A stretch of DNA of 32,000 nucleotides. It comes from Opitutales bacterium. Lineage in GTDB: Bacteria; Verrucomicrobiota; Verrucomicrobiia; Opitutales; UBA9783. Below, one piece after another: positions 29,234-32,000 of this stretch. How positions within the stretch are numbered: position 1 is the stretch's first letter; every line of letters begins with the position of its first letter. The DNA is taken from the NCBI GenBank assembly GCA_024407725.1, contig JAKSVZ010000009.1, forward strand, positions 1,668 through 33,667, read 5' to 3'. The translations under genes and the position numbers were made by a program. The notes beneath the pieces were generated by a model. It did no database searches. It had not been told where the DNA came from and was given only the letters and a program-made list of their open reading frames with translations.

Positions 29234-29270
29234 ATCATCCGGATCGGAAGGACAAGTGTCAATCTTTTTA
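29234..29270 (-). promoter_or_regulatory. predicted tRNA-Asp promoter with upstream A-tract
   Basis: The minus strand reads ATAAAAAGA-TTGACA (rc of 29257-29262), 17-bp spacer, GATGAT (rc of 29234-29239), about 13 nt upstream of the mature tRNA 5' end. It has the same A-tract + TTGACA arrangement as the cassette left ends. Confidence 0.5.
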
Positions 29271-29370
29271 TCCAACATTTCTCGTTTCGAATTGATTTAA
29301 AAGCGGCGGTAATCCTTTAGCTTGAAAAAGCTTTTGCTTCCCATTAAAGTTTTTTCTCCAGAAAGAATTT

Positions 29371-30141
29371 ATGGTCAACGCACTGGTGGCTATTGGTTTG
29401 TTGTTGTTAGGAAGCCTTATAGGCAGCATTTTAAATTGCTGCATTGATCGTTGGCCGCGTCATAGCAGTCCTTTTCACACGGAACAAGCCACCGCAAGGC
29501 AATGGATGCCGTTCATCCTGATTTGGGCGCTCATTAAACGGAACGCGGGAGGTTCATCCATTCCCAAACGTTATGTTGTCACCGAAATACTCACTGGAAT
29601 CGTTGCCATTCTAACCTATCAATGGATGCCGTCGCTTGCTATTCCGTATTTTGTTCTCTTTTGCATCCTATGGGTGGCAACCTGCACGGATTTAGAAACT
29701 TGGATCATTTCAGATGCCTGTACGCTCACAGGGATTGCGCTTGGCGTTATGCTCAGCGCTTGCTACCCGTCGTTGCATTGGACAAGCGACCGTATGGCGA
29801 GCGTTGTTCTCAGTTTACAAGGCATGTGCTGGGGAACAGGTGGATTGTTTCTAATGACCAGTTTTATTGAATGGTTCATGCGAAAAGACGCTATGGGCTT
29901 AGGCGATGTTAAGCTCATTGGCTGCATCGGTGCTTTTTTAGGCTGGGAAGGATGCGTCTGGAGTTTGTTCGTTGGGTCTCTCTTAGGAACGCTCTTTGTT
30001 TGCCTGCGTACGCTTCATCCCAAAAATCGCCAACGTCAGTTGCTGATCCTTAAGCATGCCATTCCATTCGGCCCGCATTTAGCTGCCGCTGCCTTGCTGT
30101 TTATTCCCTATCAACACTTCGTGCTCATGGGTCTGGGTTAA
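29371..30141 (+). CDS. prepilin peptidase (A24 family; GspO/PilD-like)
   Basis: Polytopic membrane protein with the GLGDVKL catalytic-Asp motif and IPFGPHLAAAAL near the C-terminus. Confidence 0.8.
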   Translation: MVNALVAIGLLLLGSLIGSILNCCIDRWPRHSSPFHTEQATARQWMPFILIWALIKRNAGGSSIPKRYVVTEILTGIVAILTYQWMPSLAIPYFVLFCILWVATCTDLETWIISDACTLTGIALGVMLSACYPSLHWTSDRMASVVLSLQGMCWGTGGLFLMTSFIEWFMRKDAMGLGDVKLIGCIGAFLGWEGCVWSLFVGSLLGTLFVCLRTLHPKNRQRQLLILKHAIPFGPHLAAAALLFIPYQHFVLMGLG

Positions 30142-31107
30142 ACCGAACGCCTGTTGAAAGAAATGCGTTAAGGTCAGGGCAACATTCAGGACGAACTGAG
30201 CATGGTAGGATTCCAACTGAAAGGTTTGGGCTAATTCATCAGTTTTGCCATGGGCATCACCCGCATGATTCCTCAACGAACCGACTCCGCGCACCGTAAA
30301 TGCCAACACTTGGCAAACGCTATTGGTGAGGCTGTCGGACAAACGATAAAAGCGTTCGCTTAAATCCGGAGCGGAATGCAAGGACTTATGGCATCGAATA
30401 AACGCCTGATATAACTTCGGCAACGGTTCACTTGCCACGCGCTCCAATTCCTTCGGCGGACAAGTCTTACTTAAAACCTGCTTTAGGACGCTTTCCAACA
30501 ACGTACGCGCTTGGGTTAAAACGGTATCGTAATCCCCCTGAATCAACGCTTGTTGGCCGCGCCGGATACTCCGGTCAATCGGACCGCTGGGGTATACTAT
30601 TGGGTCAACCCCATACGATTGGGATACCACAATCCATTGAAAGTTTTGAAATCCCCCATCGCTGGCTTGTGCCTGCAACGCACGATCGTATAAATACAAA
30701 ATAGCATTGATAGCCTTCAACACCCGATCGCAAACACCCTGATAAACCCGCTTGCTTTGTGTTAACAACTGAGGGCTTTGTAAATTCGCAAAGGGCGCGC
30801 TTGCTATAAAACGTTCAAAGCTAAAAAAGTAAGGCAATAAGGCTAAAACCTTGCCCTTATCCGCCGCCATCTTCAACACCCGTTTGCAATAACCATACGG
30901 GGTTTCTAAACCGGTGCAATTGCCCATGAATCCAAGCTGTTTACAGGCGTCATCCAACCCACGCTTATGAACCAACGGCAGTTGAATCGGCCAATCCGCT
31001 CCATCAATCGTGAGCATACCTAAAGGATACTTTTGTGGCACACCGGCCAAAATCGCCACAATACGCGGGTCACAAACAAATCGATTCTCAAAATTAAGCC
31101 CCTGCAT
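30079..31107 (-). CDS. abortive-infection family protein (Abi_C-like C-terminal domain)
   Basis: IQGDYDTVLTQARTLLESVLKQVL ... LPKLYQAF ... GVGSLRNHAGDAHGKTDE ... YHAQFVLNVALTLTHFF matches my recollection of the Abi_C (PF14355) pattern well. The N-terminal ~170 aa are unassigned. Confidence 0.6.
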   Translation of the reverse strand: MQGLNFENRFVCDPRIVAILAGVPQKYPLGMLTIDGADWPIQLPLVHKRGLDDACKQLGFMGNCTGLETPYGYCKRVLKMAADKGKVLALLPYFFSFERFIASAPFANLQSPQLLTQSKRVYQGVCDRVLKAINAILYLYDRALQAQASDGGFQNFQWIVVSQSYGVDPIVYPSGPIDRSIRRGQQALIQGDYDTVLTQARTLLESVLKQVLSKTCPPKELERVASEPLPKLYQAFIRCHKSLHSAPDLSERFYRLSDSLTNSVCQVLAFTVRGVGSLRNHAGDAHGKTDELAQTFQLESYHAQFVLNVALTLTHFFQQAFGLTQTHEHEVLIGNKQQGSGS

Positions 31108-31350
31108 GCAGAAATTGTAGGATTAAAATGACCCCCTGTCAATGAAAAATAAGAAACAAGCATGCAAGCCCTGCGCACACGCAAACAAGGCTAAAAAGGG
31201 CTAAAAATCAGCGTTTTTTACTAAAATTTTCGGTCAGCAAAAAGATACTCAACCTACGAAAGCCATTCCATCGGTAATACTTTCAGGTCATGATTCAACA
31301 CAACCAATACTATAAAAAGGAATTTACGATAAGCGCCCCTATTAAAAAGG

Positions 31351-31447
31351 CTTGACTTTTACCTTAAATAGAGGTAAAAGAATGTTCCTGCATTTGTTAA
31401 TAGATTCGAATATTATTTTTTTATATACAATCCCCTAAAAAGTCAAG
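31351..31447. repeat. convergent-promoter cassette u9 (97 bp)
   Basis: AAAAAGG-CTTGACTTTT ... AAAAGTCAAG-CAAAAA (11-bp inverted repeat). Plus end: TTGACT (31352-31357), 17-bp spacer, TAAAAG. Minus end: TTGACT (rc of 31441-31446), 15-bp spacer, TATAAA (suboptimal spacing). It contains a 9-bp hairpin CTTTTACCT/AGGTAAAAG. The interior is related to u3. Followed by a 12-bp bulged hairpin at 31465-31501. Confidence 0.55.
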
Positions 31448-31554
31448 CAAAAACCAAAACGAGATTGCAAAAGCTTCTGTAATCAGGTGGAAGTTTTGCA
31501 ACCCAAGATGGGTATCCTTCACCCTATTTTACCCTATAGGAGGAGCAAAAAACG

Positions 31555-31653
31555 CTTGACAAAGCTAGCAAATTTTAGATATTAAAAATAATTGCATTTT
31601 TCACAGCAGTGTTTACGAGGAAATTTATAATAAAACCTTGTAAATAAGTCAAG
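31555..31653. repeat. convergent-promoter cassette u10 (99 bp)
   Basis: AAAAAACG-CTTGAC ... GTCAAG-ATAAAAG. Plus end: TTGACA (31556-31561), 16-bp spacer, GATATT (31578-31583). Minus end: TTGACT (rc of 31647-31652), 17-bp spacer, TATAAA (rc of 31624-31629). Confidence 0.6.
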
Positions 31654-31690
31654 ATAAAAGTAAACCTGCAGGTACGCAGGTTGTTTTTTT
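31590..31690 (+). ncRNA. candidate ~100-nt small RNA (u10 promoter to terminator)
   Basis: A variable 5' part followed by the conserved module CCTTGTAAATAAGTCAAGATAAAAGTAAACCTGCAGGTACGCAGGTTGTTTTTTT. No ORF. Predicted only. Confidence 0.35.
31663..31690. terminator. intrinsic terminator, second copy of the AACCTGC/GCAGGTT hairpin + T7
   Basis: Identical stem-loop to 22725-22751, followed by GTTTTTTT. Confidence 0.65.
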
Positions 31691-31876
31691 GTCAACATTG
31701 ATTCCGCATCTGAAATACAACTTGAATAAACAGATACCCTTGCGCACGAAATTATGCAGGAATGGGTCTAAAAAATAGGTTATTTTGATTGGGGGATCTC
31801 AAAGTTGCCTTGTTATCGTCATTCGCAAAAAAGCACTGGTAGATAAAATTACCTAACGTAATGGAGCAAGAAAACG

Positions 31877-31975
31877 CTTGACAAAGCTATCAGTTTTTAG
31901 ATAATGCAACTATTGCATTTCTCGCAGAAAAATTTAAGCAAGTTTTTTATAATAAAACCTTGTAAATAAGTCAAG
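31877..31975. repeat. convergent-promoter cassette u11 (99 bp)
   Basis: Tandem copy of u10, 322 bp downstream. Plus end: TTGACA (31878-31883), 16-bp spacer, GATAAT (31900-31905). Minus end: TTGACT (rc of 31969-31974), 17-bp spacer, TATAAA (rc of 31946-31951). The hairpin restarts at 31985 and is cut by the window end. Confidence 0.6.
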
Positions 31976-32000
31976 ATAAAAGTAAACCTGCAGGTACGCA

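Noticed and set aside
31108-32000. Micro-ORFs in the Abi_C gene leader (for example MTITRQL, MRNQC, MQEWV, MEQENA)
   Set aside because: They are 4-7 codons long, have no RBS, and are not conserved between the tandem u10 and u11 copies. The region is treated as non-coding.

Overview
The window looks like chromosomal DNA from a Chlamydiae-type (PVC superphylum) bacterium. This is inferred from gene content only: fused SecDF next to RecJ, a YopN/TyeA/SycN-like type III secretion module, CesT-like chaperones, PPi-type phosphofructokinase, sigma-54 and a UVR/McsA-like protein. No database search was possible.

Bases 1-5.7 kb hold a tandem array of at least four paralogous ~500-aa genes on the minus strand. 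All carry a conserved HExxH motif, and the array runs off the left edge. Bases 5.8-20.9 kb are ordinary housekeeping genes (ybeY, tRNA-Tyr, tatD, pgsA, dapA, ruvA, yajC, secDF, recJ, trxB, pssA, yraN, pfp), interrupted by the type III secretion gatekeeper module at 17.9-19.7 kb.

The right third (21-32 kb) contains gap, ferredoxin, rpoN, sucCD, tRNA-Val, tRNA-Asp and a prepilin peptidase. Every long intergenic region there is occupied by a repeated non-coding cassette that I cannot assign to any known element class. There are ten full copies and one truncated copy. Each full copy is 95-99 bp and is bounded by the inverted hexamers CTTGAC...GTCAAG. Both ends read as near-consensus sigma-70 promoters pointing into the cassette, and the cassettes are often followed by hairpin/T-run terminators.

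Six full cassettes sit in the long non-coding leaders of two ORFs whose C-termini resemble the Abi_C (abortive infection C-terminus) domain. A seventh full cassette lies just downstream of one of these ORFs. That ORF is AT-rich, lies next to tRNA-Val, and is split by a C8 homopolymer frameshift. All functional calls rest on motifs read by eye. Coordinates of starts, promoters and RNA ends are predictions.
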